From Negativicutes bacterium (GTDB lineage: Bacteria; Bacillota; Negativicutes; UBA1444), in NCBI GenBank assembly GCA_963665275.2, contig CAXXIN010000018.1, positions 160,001 to 224,000 of the forward strand: 64,000 bases of DNA, given 5' to 3'. How positions within the stretch are numbered: the first letter of the stretch is position 1; every line of letters begins with the position of its first letter. Of the stretch, positions 30,361 through 41,328 are shown piece by piece. Position numbers and translations under genes: made by a program. The notes under the pieces are model-generated. The model had not been told where the DNA came from. It made no database searches and was given only the letters and a program-made list of their open reading frames with translations.

Positions 30361-32331
30361 ATGGAAGTCTTTCTAGCTGAACATATGGGTTTTTGCTATG
30401 GTGTGCGCCGGGCGGTGGAGATGGCAAGGGCGGAGGCCGACAAAGCCGGATCCACAGTTTTTACCCTAGGCCCGTTAATTCATAATCCCCAGATGATTGA
30501 AAAATTGAGGTCGCAGGGAGTCGAGGTGGCAGAATCTCTCGAGTCGACTGTCGGCTCAACGGTATTGATTCGCTCTCACGGTGTCGGACCTGACGTTTAT
30601 CAACAGGCATCTCGCTTGGAGATTTCCCTGGTGGATGCGACCTGTCCGCATGTGAAAAAAGCGCAGATTGCTGCCAGGGCTTTTGCCGACAGAGGACTTC
30701 AAGTCGTGGTAGCGGGGGAACGCAATCATCCGGAAGTAAAGAGCATACTGGAATGGGCCGGACCTAGGGCAATCGCGGCTGAAACGGCGGCGGATATTGC
30801 GCAGGCTGCTCTTGCGGAGAAAGTTGGAATTGTATCGCAGACGACTCTGGAGCGAGGGATTTTTGAAGAAATCCTGATGGCAATTCGACGCCGTAATATT
30901 GACCCGGAAGTTAATCCCACGATCTGCTGCGCTACAGAAGAGAGACAAAAGGCGGCGATGCGTCTGTCGGAAAAAGTTGAGGCCATGGTTGTCGTGGGGG
31001 GACGAAACAGCGCCAATACCCGGCATCTGGCTGAAATTTGCCGCAAGACGGGCGTACAGACCTATCCTGTGGAAACGGCGGCAGAATTGAAGCCGGAATG
31101 GTTTCTTGGTATCAAAAAAGCAGGCATTACGGCTGGAGCTTCGACTCCGGACTGGATTATTGAGGAGGTAAAACAAAGGATGGAAACTATGGAACAGGTG
31201 AATTTGAACACAGGGGACCGTTTGGAGCAGGGCTCTATTTTGGCGGGAAAAGTAGTCGGGGTCAATGCTGATCTCGTATTCGTTGATATCGGCCAAAAGG
31301 CCGAAGGCACTATTGCCTTATCTGAGTTGGCGTGGCCCGCTCCGATGGATGCCCATGAGGTCGTTTCTATCGGCCAATTGTTAAATGTGTTGGTACTGGA
31401 ACCGGAGACCGTTGAAGGTACCGTAAAGTTGTCGAAATTGCAGGCTGATCGTCTGTTGGCGTGGGACCGGATGGAAGAGGCAATGAAAGACGGAGAGCCG
31501 GTTGAAGTGGCTGTCACTGCCTCGGTCAAGGGCGGTCTTTCCGTTGCCTTCTTCGGAATACGTTGCTTTATGCCGGCTTCCCAGGTGGACTCCTCTTTCG
31601 TGGAAGATTTATCACCGTACGTCGGAAAGACGATGGAGGCACTCCCGATCGAAGTGGATCGTGAAAAGCAGCGGGCCGTTTTTTCGCGGCGAGCACTGCT
31701 TGACATTCAGCGACGCGCAGCTGAAACCGTTGCGCTGGAAAAACTGGAGATTGGACAGGCACTATCCGGCGAAGTTCGACGCCTGGCATCTTTCGGCGCT
31801 TTCGTTGACGTCGGTGGTATCGAGGGTCTGGTGCATGTTTCTGAAATGGCCTGGCACCGGGTTAAAGACGCGGCGGACCTTGTCAAGGTGGGAGACGAAG
31901 TCAAAGTACAGGTATTAAAGGTTGACAAGGAGCTGCACAAGGTATCTCTTGGCATGAAACAGTTGCAGCAGGACCCCTGGCTCACGGCGGTGGCTGAATT
32001 CGCCGAAGGGACGACTGTTCCCGGCAAAGTGACACGGACGATTAAGTTCGGTGCTTTTGTTGAATTGGCTCCCGGAGTGGAGGGATTGGTCCATATTTCC
32101 GAACTGTCGGACCGGCGGGTGGCGTCAGCGGAGGAAGTCGTTCAAGTCGGCCAAAAAGTCGCAGTAAAAGTTCTGAGCGTCGATCCTGCTGTAAAGAGAA
32201 TCAGCCTGAGCATTATCAAAGCGCAGGAAGATGCAGAACGCAAGGAATTCGCTCCGTTTTTGGGTTCGCAGTCCAGTTTGGGCGTAACGATTGGCGACAA
32301 ACTCGGCCATCTATTCAAAAACAGGGAGTAG
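30361..32331 (+). CDS. ispH: Bifunctional HMBPP reductase / ribosomal protein S1 fusion
   Basis: GFCYGVRRA, DATCPHV, TICCATEERQ, SANT, GASTPD, followed by four S1 repeats (FGAFVD..EGLVHVSE). Confidence 0.95.
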   Translation: MEVFLAEHMGFCYGVRRAVEMARAEADKAGSTVFTLGPLIHNPQMIEKLRSQGVEVAESLESTVGSTVLIRSHGVGPDVYQQASRLEISLVDATCPHVKKAQIAARAFADRGLQVVVAGERNHPEVKSILEWAGPRAIAAETAADIAQAALAEKVGIVSQTTLERGIFEEILMAIRRRNIDPEVNPTICCATEERQKAAMRLSEKVEAMVVVGGRNSANTRHLAEICRKTGVQTYPVETAAELKPEWFLGIKKAGITAGASTPDWIIEEVKQRMETMEQVNLNTGDRLEQGSILAGKVVGVNADLVFVDIGQKAEGTIALSELAWPAPMDAHEVVSIGQLLNVLVLEPETVEGTVKLSKLQADRLLAWDRMEEAMKDGEPVEVAVTASVKGGLSVAFFGIRCFMPASQVDSSFVEDLSPYVGKTMEALPIEVDREKQRAVFSRRALLDIQRRAAETVALEKLEIGQALSGEVRRLASFGAFVDVGGIEGLVHVSEMAWHRVKDAADLVKVGDEVKVQVLKVDKELHKVSLGMKQLQQDPWLTAVAEFAEGTTVPGKVTRTIKFGAFVELAPGVEGLVHISELSDRRVASAEEVVQVGQKVAVKVLSVDPAVKRISLSIIKAQEDAERKEFAPFLGSQSSLGVTIGDKLGHLFKNRE

Positions 32332-32337
32332 AAGGCT

Positions 32338-33399
32338 TTGACCCGAAAGTCGCGTAAACTCGATCATTTACGGCAAGCGATGGAATTATCTGACGGGCCT
32401 GAGCGCACCGGCTTCGAAGATTTTTTACTCGTGCATAACTGCCTGCCGGAGATGAAAAACGCCGAAGTTTCCCTCGGCACGGCCTGCGCCGGCCTTCAGC
32501 TGCAGCATCCCGTCATCATCAATGCGATGACGGGGGGCGCAGAGGCTTTGACGCAAGTAAATCGACGGCTCGCGCAAGTGGCATCGCTGACGGGATCGGC
32601 GATGGCGGTCGGATCGCAGTTCGCCGGCCTGGAGTTTCCTGAGGTTGCCGAATCTTTTCGCGTGGTGCGTAGCGTCAATCCCCAGGGAATCATTTGGGCC
32701 AATATTGGCGCATACGCGACGGTTGAAGAGGCGCTTCGGGTCGTCGACATGATCGGGGCGGACGCGTTGCAGGTGCATCTGAACGCGGCGCAGGAAATCA
32801 CTATGTCGGAAGGCGATGGGGATTTCAGCGGTTGGTTGAGACGTATTGAGCAAATGGCCAGGCAGATTCCGGTTCCGGTTATTGTCAAAGAGACGGGCTG
32901 TGGTATGGCAGGGGAGCAGATTCTAGCACTATCCACCGTTGGCGTTAAAGCCATCGATGTCGGAGGGGTCGGCGGGACCAATTTCATCGCGATTGAATCA
33001 GTCCGCACGGCTCAGGTGTTGAGCGCCGATTTGCTGGGATGGGGAATTCCTACAGCGGTCAGTGCTCTGGAGGCTGCAGAGGTTTTACCCGCAGGGGTGG
33101 ATTTGATCGTTTCCGGGGGAGTGCGAACGCCGGTTGATGCGCTGAAAGCTTTTTCCATGGGTGCTGCGGCGGTTGGAATAGCGGCGCCGCTACTTCGCCG
33201 GACCGAACGTGAAGGGGTTGAAGCGGCAGTAACCTGGCTGCAGGAGTACCTGGCGATTTTGCAGAAGTGCATGCTGTTGCTTGGCAGAAATTCCATCAGA
33301 GATATGTCGGCCCACCCAGTGGTAATTACCGGTCGGGTGGCTCAGTGGGCGGAGGCAAGAGGAATTTCCGTTAGAAAATACGCCTGTCGTTCAACATAA
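32338..33399 (+). CDS. fni: Type 2 isopentenyl-diphosphate isomerase
   Basis: RKLDH, NAMTGG, VGSQ, HLNAAQE, KETGCG, GGTNF. Confidence 0.95.
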   Translation: MTRKSRKLDHLRQAMELSDGPERTGFEDFLLVHNCLPEMKNAEVSLGTACAGLQLQHPVIINAMTGGAEALTQVNRRLAQVASLTGSAMAVGSQFAGLEFPEVAESFRVVRSVNPQGIIWANIGAYATVEEALRVVDMIGADALQVHLNAAQEITMSEGDGDFSGWLRRIEQMARQIPVPVIVKETGCGMAGEQILALSTVGVKAIDVGGVGGTNFIAIESVRTAQVLSADLLGWGIPTAVSALEAAEVLPAGVDLIVSGGVRTPVDALKAFSMGAAAVGIAAPLLRRTEREGVEAAVTWLQEYLAILQKCMLLLGRNSIRDMSAHPVVITGRVAQWAEARGISVRKYACRST

Positions 33400-33414
33400 G
33401 AGGGGGATGCAAAT

Positions 33415-34735
33415 ATGGCCGCAGGAGCGGTGATTTCGGCGGTCCAGCCGAACAGCAAGGCAGCACGTGCAGGGCTGGTTGCCGGTGACCGTATTGTACG
33501 TGTCAACGGTCAAACTGTGCGAGATTTGATTGATTTGAGTTTTGCCCTGACCGAAGAACTGATCAAACTGGAAGTGATCAGATCCACTGGGGAAACGGTC
33601 CGTCTTCGCATCAAAAAAGCTCTGGACGAATCAATGGGGTTTGAATTTGAGAGCGCCGTGTTCGATCAGGTGAGAACCTGTGCGAACAAGTGCCTTTTTT
33701 GTTTTGTGGACCAAATGCCAGAAGGACTACGGGAAACTCTTTATGTAAAAGATGATGATTATCGTCTTTCCTTTTTATATGGGAATTTCGTGACGTTGAC
33801 GAACCTGACGTCTGCCGATTTCGACCGGATACGACAATATCACCTTTCGCCTCTCTATATTTCAGTTCATACGACTGACGGTGAGTTGCGGGAGAAAATG
33901 GTCGGGATTCCGCGCGCTGCAAAAATTATGCACCAATTGCGGGATTTTGCTGATGTCGGGATCGAAATGCACACGCAGGTCGTTCTTTGCCCAGGTTATA
34001 ATGATGGGGAAGTTTTAACACGAACCATTCGTGACCTGGCGACATTGAGGCCGGAAGTCCTATCGATGGCGATCGTTCCTGTCGGCTTAACGCGCTTCCG
34101 GGAGGCCTGTCAACCTCTGCGCACTTTCACATCAGAGGAAGCAGCCGCAATCGTTGATGAAGTTACTGCTTTTCAGTTGGGATTTCGCGAGGAAACTGGC
34201 TGTTCCTTCGTTTATTTGTCAGATGAATTCTATCTCCGTGCCGGACGGGAAGTCCCGCCGGAAGAGATCTACGACGGGTATCCCCAACTGGAGAATGGCA
34301 TCGGACTCATCCGTAGTTTCTTAACGGACTGGGAAGATGCGGGGGGGGGGGCCACCAAACGCCGTTGCCTTGACGGAAAGTGCGAATGCTACCGTTGTGA
34401 TCAGCGGGACGGCGTTTGCGCCGATACTGTCAGAATTGCTGAAACCTTTGTCGCCGACTGTCCGGGTGGAAGCAGTCATCAATGAATTCTTTGGCTCGGC
34501 CATAAATGTTAGCGGTTTGTTGACTGGCCAGGATATCGCAGCGTATGTGAAATCTCTTGGACTTAGCCCGCAGCAGGTCATCATTCCATCCACTACTCTC
34601 AGAAAAAACGAACAGGTGTTTCTGGACGGGATGACGCTCGATGAGCTGCAACAGGAACTTTCGACACCGGTGCATGTTGTCTCAGGCGCGGCAGCGTTGC
34701 AGGAATTGCTGGGAAGTGGAGGAAAGGACCAATGA
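33415..34735 (+). CDS. PDZ + radical-SAM-like DUF512 protein, frameshifted in a G11 run
   Basis: CANKCLFCFVDQMP, KDDDYRLSF, YPQLENGIG. The C-terminal part (FFGSAINVSGLLTGQD, FLDG) is in another frame after the G run at 34341-34351. Confidence 0.88.
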
Positions 34736-35256
34736 AAGGGTTGGGGCTGCTTCAGGTATACACCGGCGATGGAAAAGGCAAGACCACGGCGAGTCTCGGG
34801 GTGGCGCTCAGGGCCATCGGTCACGGCATGAAGGTCTGCATGATTCAGTTCATGAAAAACAGCGACATTTACGGTGAAGTCAGGCTGGCTGACAAAATGC
34901 CGGGATTGACCATTATTCCGGTAGGACGGCATGATTTTGTCGATCTGAAAAATCCGGCTGAAATCGATGTCAGTCTCGCCCTGTCCGGCTGGGAGCAGGC
35001 TAAGGAGATTATACGGTCACAAAAATATGATATTGTTATATTAGATGAGATCAATGTTGTGCTTGCCTGCGGTATGCTGGAAGAAAAATCAGTCATCGAG
35101 TTTCTCAGTACCCACAGAGGTACTACCGAAGTGATAACAACAGGCTGCTGGGCGCCCCAGGCGCTGATTGAGGCGGCCGATCTGGTCACGGAAATGAAGA
35201 ACGTCCGGCACCCATATTCTAAGGGAATCGAAAGCCGGGAAGGGATTGATCATTAA
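34732..35256 (+). CDS. cobO: Cob(I)yrinic acid a,c-diamide adenosyltransferase
   Basis: YTGDGKGKTTA, QFMK, ILDE, ADLVTEM..HPY. Confidence 0.92.
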   Translation: MKGLGLLQVYTGDGKGKTTASLGVALRAIGHGMKVCMIQFMKNSDIYGEVRLADKMPGLTIIPVGRHDFVDLKNPAEIDVSLALSGWEQAKEIIRSQKYDIVILDEINVVLACGMLEEKSVIEFLSTHRGTTEVITTGCWAPQALIEAADLVTEMKNVRHPYSKGIESREGIDH

Positions 35257-36579
35257 ATGCCAAAACCAATAGTAGCCATAGTCGGTAGACCCAACGTCGG
35301 CAAATCGACGCTGTTCAACCGCATTGCCGAAAAGAAAGTTTCCATCGTGGACGATACGCCGGGGGTGACACGTGACCGAATCTATGCCGACGCTGAATGG
35401 ACGGGGCATGAATTCGCGCTGGTCGATACCGGTGGTATTGATTTTAACGATACGGATGAACTGCTGCCTGCGGTCCGCAACCAGGCCAAATTGGCAATGG
35501 AGGAAGCAGATGTCATTCTATTTGTCGTCGATGGCAAAGTGGGCATTACCGATCTGGACCAGCACATCGTCAGCATGCTGCGAACTGCGAAAAAACCGGT
35601 CGTGCTGGCAGTAAACAAAGTAGATAATGCAAAGTCGATTCCCAACAGCTATGAATTTTACTCGCTGGGTCTCGGCGATCCGATTGCGGTTTCATCTGTC
35701 AATGCGTTGAATCTCGGTGATTTACTTGACGCCATCGTAGAAAAACTACCGGTGGAAGCTGTCATAGAGGATGAACCGGATACGATCCGCGTGGCTGTGG
35801 TCGGCCGACCGAACGTCGGGAAATCATCACTGGTCAATGCGCTGCTCGGCGAAGAACGTTTGGTGGTCAGCAACATACCGGGCACGACTCGTGATGCCGT
35901 TGACACTTATTTCAAGCAAGACGGAGTCACCTTTATTTTCGTTGACACCGCCGGCATGAGGCGCCGTGGCAAAATCGACGCGGCACTGGAGCGTTATAGC
36001 GTGATTCGGAGCCTGCGAGCCATCGATCGGGCTGATGTTGTGCTGATGTTAATTGATGCTACAGAAGGTGTATCCGAGCAGGACAAGAAAATCGCCGGTT
36101 ATGTTCATGAATCCGGCAGGGCATCCGTGCTGGTGGTCAACAAGTGGGATCTGGTGAAAAAAGATGGCAAGACCTCGCTGCGTTTCACAGAAGATTTGCG
36201 GAAAGAGTTAGGTTTCATGCAGTATTCACCGGTTGTTTTCTTGTCCGCCTTAACCAAACAGCGTATCAACCGCATCCCGGAAGTAGTGAAATATGTAGCG
36301 GAACAACATGCGATGCGCGTGTCGACCAGTCTGCTCAACCAGGTCGTTCGCGATGCGGTTGGCATCAATCCCCCGCCATCCGACCGAGGCAGAAAGTTGA
36401 AGATATTTTATGCGACGCAGGCAGCCGTTCGCCCGCCGACCATCGTATTTTTCGTCAACGATGCGGAATTGATGCATTTTTCGTATCTGCGCTTTTTGGA
36501 GAACAGACTTCGGGAGTCTTTCGGGTTCGAAGGGACTCCACTAAAAATGGTCGTCAGGCCTCGGCAGACGGAGGATTAA
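35257..36579 (+). CDS. der: Ribosome biogenesis GTPase Der (EngA)
   Basis: Two GRPNVGKS G domains with DTGG/DTAG and NKVD/NKWD. Confidence 0.97.
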   Translation: MPKPIVAIVGRPNVGKSTLFNRIAEKKVSIVDDTPGVTRDRIYADAEWTGHEFALVDTGGIDFNDTDELLPAVRNQAKLAMEEADVILFVVDGKVGITDLDQHIVSMLRTAKKPVVLAVNKVDNAKSIPNSYEFYSLGLGDPIAVSSVNALNLGDLLDAIVEKLPVEAVIEDEPDTIRVAVVGRPNVGKSSLVNALLGEERLVVSNIPGTTRDAVDTYFKQDGVTFIFVDTAGMRRRGKIDAALERYSVIRSLRAIDRADVVLMLIDATEGVSEQDKKIAGYVHESGRASVLVVNKWDLVKKDGKTSLRFTEDLRKELGFMQYSPVVFLSALTKQRINRIPEVVKYVAEQHAMRVSTSLLNQVVRDAVGINPPPSDRGRKLKIFYATQAAVRPPTIVFFVNDAELMHFSYLRFLENRLRESFGFEGTPLKMVVRPRQTED

Positions 36580-36582
36580 GTT

Positions 36583-37179
36583 ATGTTGCTGGCAGGCGTC
36601 GTCCTGGGCAGTTACCTGATCGGATCGCTGCCGTTTGGTCTGTGGATTGGGCAGTGGTTTTACAATATTGATTTGCGGGAGCACGGCAGCAAAAACACCG
36701 GCGCAACCAATGCCTTTCGTGTGTTGGGGCGTTGGCCGGCTTTGTTGGTGTTTGTTTGCGACACGGCCAAAGGAATGGCGGGTGTTTATCTCGGAAGTCT
36801 ACTGGTGGGCGGTTCGATGGCCGAAGTTCTGGGCGGTATTGCCGCGATCAGTGGGCATAACTGGTCTATCTTTATGGGCTTCAAGGGCGGGCGCGGCGTA
36901 GCTACCGGCTTGGGTGTGATTGCACTATTGGCGCCCAAGGTGACGGTCATCGTTTTTGCCGTATGGTGCATTGTCGTATTTCTGACGCGTTATGTTTCAC
37001 TCGCTTCTATTTTGGCTGCTGCATTGGTTCCACCTCTTATGTGGTGGTTCGAAGCCGGGCGTGAAACCTTGTTGTTCGGATTCGCAGCAGCGGCTTTTGT
37101 GATTATCCGTCACCGGCCGAATATTGGACGACTGCTGCGTGGTGAAGAACTGAAAATCAAGGCGGCGAAAAAGGCATAA
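36583..37179 (+). CDS. plsY: Glycerol-3-phosphate acyltransferase
   Basis: GSKNTGATN, GHNWSIF, FKGGRGVATG, RHRPNI. Confidence 0.95.
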   Translation: MLLAGVVLGSYLIGSLPFGLWIGQWFYNIDLREHGSKNTGATNAFRVLGRWPALLVFVCDTAKGMAGVYLGSLLVGGSMAEVLGGIAAISGHNWSIFMGFKGGRGVATGLGVIALLAPKVTVIVFAVWCIVVFLTRYVSLASILAAALVPPLMWWFEAGRETLLFGFAAAAFVIIRHRPNIGRLLRGEELKIKAAKKA

Positions 37180-37196
37180 ATCGTAGGAGGACTGAA

Positions 37197-38231
37197 GTGA
37201 AGGTTGTACTATTTGGCGCTGGTGGCTGGGGAACAGCGTTGGCGTCAATTTTATCGGAAAAACATACGAACGTGTCGCTGTATGTCCGCAATTCAGAGCT
37301 GGCGGCCAGCATGCGCAGCACGAGAATGAATTCAAAGTATCTTCCCGGCGTTGTTTTGCCGGAAAACCTGCAGATCACGGATAGTCTTGAAAAGGGCCTG
37401 TCAGGGACAGACCTGCTCGTGTTGGTGACGCCATCGCACGGAGTTCGGGCGGCTGCCCGCGCACTTGCCGGGTTGTTGCCGCGAGACTGTGTTGTGGTAT
37501 CGGCAGCTAAAGGCCTGGAGAGTGAAACCTGCCTGCGGATGACGCAAGTGCTGGCGCAGGAGCTTCCAGAATCAGCTGGTCGCCTAGCGGCGTTGTCGGG
37601 ACCTAATCATGCCGAAGAAGTAGGACGGAAAATGCCCAGCGCATCCGTAGTGGGCTGCAGCGACCCCGAGGTGGCTCAATTCATCCAGGATGCATTCATG
37701 ACTCCTACCTTTAGAATTTATACGAACCATGACGTCGCCGGTGTGGAAATGGGCGGCGCACTGAAAAATATCATCGCGTTAGCCGCCGGAATCACTGAGG
37801 GGCTGGGTTTTGGTGACAACTCCAAAGCTGCCCTGATGACCAGGGGCCTGGCGGAAATCGCCCGATTGGGGGCAACCTGCGGCGCCGATGTCGGTACTTT
37901 TTCCGGCCTGTCTGGAGTGGGGGACCTGATCGCCACCTGTACCAGCCTGCATAGTCGCAATCGCCGAGCTGGCATTGAGCTCGCCAAAGGGCGTCCGATC
38001 GCTGAAGTCCAGGCCGATTCCGGCATGGTGATCGAAGGGGTGCTCGCCACGGCTGCCGCTCGCAAACTGGCGCGAAGCAAAGGCGTGGAGATGCCCATCA
38101 CCGAGGCCTTGTACCAGGTGCTGTTCGCTGGAATGTCTCCGCACTCGGCAGTGCTGGAGCTAATGACCCGAACCAAAAAACATGAAACGGAAGAAGTGGC
38201 TTTTCCTTCTTCAGTCGTTAACCGGGGGTAG
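37197..38231 (+). CDS. gpsA: NAD(P)H-dependent glycerol-3-phosphate dehydrogenase
   Basis: GAGGWGTALA, SGPNHA, GGALKN, GDLIATC, SRNR. Confidence 0.96.
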   Translation: MKVVLFGAGGWGTALASILSEKHTNVSLYVRNSELAASMRSTRMNSKYLPGVVLPENLQITDSLEKGLSGTDLLVLVTPSHGVRAAARALAGLLPRDCVVVSAAKGLESETCLRMTQVLAQELPESAGRLAALSGPNHAEEVGRKMPSASVVGCSDPEVAQFIQDAFMTPTFRIYTNHDVAGVEMGGALKNIIALAAGITEGLGFGDNSKAALMTRGLAEIARLGATCGADVGTFSGLSGVGDLIATCTSLHSRNRRAGIELAKGRPIAEVQADSGMVIEGVLATAAARKLARSKGVEMPITEALYQVLFAGMSPHSAVLELMTRTKKHETEEVAFPSSVVNRG

Positions 38232-38233
38232 AC

Positions 38234-39445
38234 ATGCGAATCGGCGTTTTTACAATGATTGTGATTTCTTTGGTATTCCTGTTGTCCATCGTCAATAGCT
38301 TTTGGATCGGCCGTTTGTTTCGCCAACCCCTACGTCGTCGGATATGGTTCGCTTACGGCGTGTTGACGCTGTTGGGCGCCGCCGCTTACCTGGGCCTCCG
38401 ATCGGCTGGAGCTCTCGAAGGTTGGGCTGTGTTGAACTTTATCTATTATTTTGGGCCGTTTTGGACAGTCTTGCAGTTGTTGTTGCTGTTGGCCTGGCCT
38501 TTTTCATTTATGGCAGCGTGGTTGCAGCGTCGCTGGAGTGTGCCGGAAGAAGAATCAGAATCTGATATACTGAAAAAATCCTCGTTGAACCCCGCCATGA
38601 CCCGACGGACTTTTTTGTCCACGGCTGCAGTTCTGCCGCCTGTGGCTATGACTGGAATCAATACCGTCGGAGTTCTCGACGCGGAATTTCGGGCGGTTTT
38701 GCGGCGAATTGACTTTGCATACCCTGACTTGCCGCCAGCTCTCGACGGTCTGAAGATTGCACATATGACGGATGTTCACATTGGACCTTATGTTTCGGCG
38801 CGTGATGTCAATAAACTGGTCAATCTTCTTCGCTCTGCCTCGCCGGATCTGTTGGCCATCACTGGTGATTTCGTTGATGATGTGTCGATGCTTCCTGGCG
38901 TCATGGATACCATGAAGCCGTTTTTAGCCGATTTACAGTTGGGCGCATGGTTTTGCATGGGTAATCACGAACACCTGCGTGGTGCGGCGCCCATCCGATC
39001 CATATTGCAGCAGTCCGGCATTCATATTCTCGATAACCAGCATCAACGGTTGCCTTTTGGCGGTAGCTATTTTGCTATCGCTGGTGTTGATTACCCGATA
39101 GGAAGTTCCACCGCAGTTCGGCCTGAAACTGCCAAGAAATATGTGGAAGAAGCATGTCTCGATATCCCTAGGCAGGACTTCACGTTGCTGATGGCGCATC
39201 ATCCTGATTTTTTACCACCTGCTTTTGAACGCCGGATTTCGTTGACTCTGGCAGGGCACACGCATGGAGGACAAGTCGGTTGGGGAGATCGGTCTGCATT
39301 GCAGTTCCTGTATCCTTATATGCGCGGAGTATATCGTGATGAACAGAGCTTCGGATTCGTCAGCAGCGGGGCGGGGCATTGGTTGCCGTTTCGCTTGAAC
39401 TGTCCGCCGGAAGTCAGTCTGATTACATTGAAACGGGCTACCTGA
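38234..39445 (+). CDS. Membrane-anchored metallophosphoesterase
   Basis: DVH, GDFVD, GNHE, GHTHGGQ; N-terminal TM segments. Confidence 0.9.
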   Translation: MRIGVFTMIVISLVFLLSIVNSFWIGRLFRQPLRRRIWFAYGVLTLLGAAAYLGLRSAGALEGWAVLNFIYYFGPFWTVLQLLLLLAWPFSFMAAWLQRRWSVPEEESESDILKKSSLNPAMTRRTFLSTAAVLPPVAMTGINTVGVLDAEFRAVLRRIDFAYPDLPPALDGLKIAHMTDVHIGPYVSARDVNKLVNLLRSASPDLLAITGDFVDDVSMLPGVMDTMKPFLADLQLGAWFCMGNHEHLRGAAPIRSILQQSGIHILDNQHQRLPFGGSYFAIAGVDYPIGSSTAVRPETAKKYVEEACLDIPRQDFTLLMAHHPDFLPPAFERRISLTLAGHTHGGQVGWGDRSALQFLYPYMRGVYRDEQSFGFVSSGAGHWLPFRLNCPPEVSLITLKRAT

Positions 39446-39567
39446 CAAGGAATAATTGATCGCAAAGCCTTGCCAGGATTCTTTGAACAGTGATATAATG
39501 TCTTTTATCGGTGGATATATATCTATTTATATTACACAAACAAAGAACAGTTGACAGGAGTGAGAAA

Positions 39568-40014
39568 ATGGCAGATTCAAAATCCAATTATTATCTTGTG
39601 CGTGAAGAAATTTTGCCGGAAGCCATCAAAAAAACTATCAAGGTCAAAGAGCTATTGAAAAAAGGCGAAGTTAAAACGATCAATGAAGCGGTAGAAGCTT
39701 TGAATCTAAGTCGTAGCGCCTATTATAAGTATAAAGACTATGTATTTCCATTTTATGAGGCGAGCAAGGAAAAAATCGTCACGGTAGCGCTGCTGTTGGA
39801 GCATCGTTCGGGCGTATTGTCCAAAGTACTGAACGTATTGGCAACTGAACATGGCAGTGTCTTGACTATCAATCAAGGAATCCCGCTGCAGGGAGTAGCC
39901 AATGCGACCTTGTCAATCGAAACGGTCGAATTGGCAATTGACCTTGAAGCTTTGCTGGATAAAATTCGGGTGATCGAAGGCGTGAAAAGGCTGGAAGTCC
40001 TTGGACAGGCTTAA
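39568..40014 (+). CDS. thrR: ACT-domain transcriptional regulator (ThrR/PheB family)
   Basis: LSRSAYYKYKD, C-terminal ACT domain with TINQGIP; precedes hom-thrB. Confidence 0.85.
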   Translation: MADSKSNYYLVREEILPEAIKKTIKVKELLKKGEVKTINEAVEALNLSRSAYYKYKDYVFPFYEASKEKIVTVALLLEHRSGVLSKVLNVLATEHGSVLTINQGIPLQGVANATLSIETVELAIDLEALLDKIRVIEGVKRLEVLGQA

Positions 40015-40032
40015 CGGAAAGAAGGGTTGAAG

Positions 40033-41328
40033 ATGGATAAAATTATAAAAATTGGATTACTAGGTTTCGGAACCGTCGGAACCGGCGTGGTTCGTATTTT
40101 GCATGACAATGCATCCTTGATCAAGCAGCGGTCCGGTACTTCTATTCAAATTAAAAAAATTCTTGTGCGCGACCTCCATAAGGCGCGTCAATTTTCTGTA
40201 GATGCGGAAATTACTACGGATCCCCAAGCCGTGATTCGTGATCCTGAAATCAGTATCGTCGTCGAACTCATGGGCGGCGAAGAGCCTGCCAGAACCTTGA
40301 TGCTGGAAGCCCTGACGAATGGAAAACATGTCGTAACCGCCAACAAGGATGTCATGGCGAAATTTGGCCGTGAACTGTTCGCGGCAGCTGAGAAGAATGG
40401 TGTAAATTTGCTGTTTGAGGCCAGTGTTGGCGGCGGGATTCCGATCATACGACCACTGAAGCGCTGCTTGGCGGCTAACCGTATCTTTGAAGTGATGGGT
40501 ATCGTCAACGGAACCACCAACTATATGCTGGACAAAATGACAACCGAAGGAGTCGATTTCTCATCGGTTCTGGCTGAAGCGCAAGAAAAAGGATATGCAG
40601 AAGCCGATCCAACTGCCGACGTTGGTGGGTGGGATGCAGCGAGAAAAATCGCGATTCTGGCTTCCATTGCTTTTGGCACCCGTGTCGCGTTACATGATGT
40701 TTCGGTTGAAGGGATCACCCAGATCGAACCGGAAGATATCGACTACGGGCGTGAACTGGGGTATGTGGTTAAATTGCTTGCTATCGCCCAAGATACGGAG
40801 AAAGGCGTTAATGCGCGGGTACATCCGGCCTTTATCCCCTTGACGCATCCACTGGCTTCGGTGCGTGATGTGTTCAATGCGATCTTTATTCGGGGCGACG
40901 CTGTAGGCGAGACGATGTTCTATGGTCGGGGTGCGGGCTCCTTGCCTACTGCCAGCGCAGTCTGCGCCGATATCATGGAGGCGGCGAGGGATATTTACTA
41001 TGATTCATCCAGTCGCATTTTGTGTACCTGTTTTGAGGAGAAACGGATTTCACCCATTTCAGAAACCGAGTCTCCCTATTACATCCGTTTGCTGGCTGAA
41101 GACCAACCCGGTGTAATGGCCGCCATCACTGGCGCTTTTGGCGCACAGATGGTCAGCCTGAACTCTGTCATTCAAAAACGCCGTGTTGGGTCGAGGGCAG
41201 AGATTGTTCTCATTACTCACAAAGTGAATGATGCTGATTTACAGTTAGCGGTTCAGGCGTTGAATGGTCTGCCGGTGGTCCACAAAGTTTCAACGGTCAT
41301 CCGGGTGGTGGGTAATGAAGCGGAATGA
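40033..41328 (+). CDS. hom: Homoserine dehydrogenase
   Basis: GFGTVG, VTANK, EASVGGGIP, NGTTNY, GYAEADP; C-terminal ACT. Confidence 0.96.
   Translation: MDKIIKIGLLGFGTVGTGVVRILHDNASLIKQRSGTSIQIKKILVRDLHKARQFSVDAEITTDPQAVIRDPEISIVVELMGGEEPARTLMLEALTNGKHVVTANKDVMAKFGRELFAAAEKNGVNLLFEASVGGGIPIIRPLKRCLAANRIFEVMGIVNGTTNYMLDKMTTEGVDFSSVLAEAQEKGYAEADPTADVGGWDAARKIAILASIAFGTRVALHDVSVEGITQIEPEDIDYGRELGYVVKLLAIAQDTEKGVNARVHPAFIPLTHPLASVRDVFNAIFIRGDAVGETMFYGRGAGSLPTASAVCADIMEAARDIYYDSSSRILCTCFEEKRISPISETESPYYIRLLAEDQPGVMAAITGAFGAQMVSLNSVIQKRRVGSRAEIVLITHKVNDADLQLAVQALNGLPVVHKVSTVIRVVGNEAE

Noticed and set aside
30361-32331. IspH-S1 fusion as a novelty
   Set aside because: Well-known fusion in Clostridia and Negativicutes.
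38598-38620. Twin-arginine-like MTRRTFL in the metallophosphoesterase
   Set aside because: Internal, after TM helices, and common in this family; not evidence of a separate Tat-exported protein.
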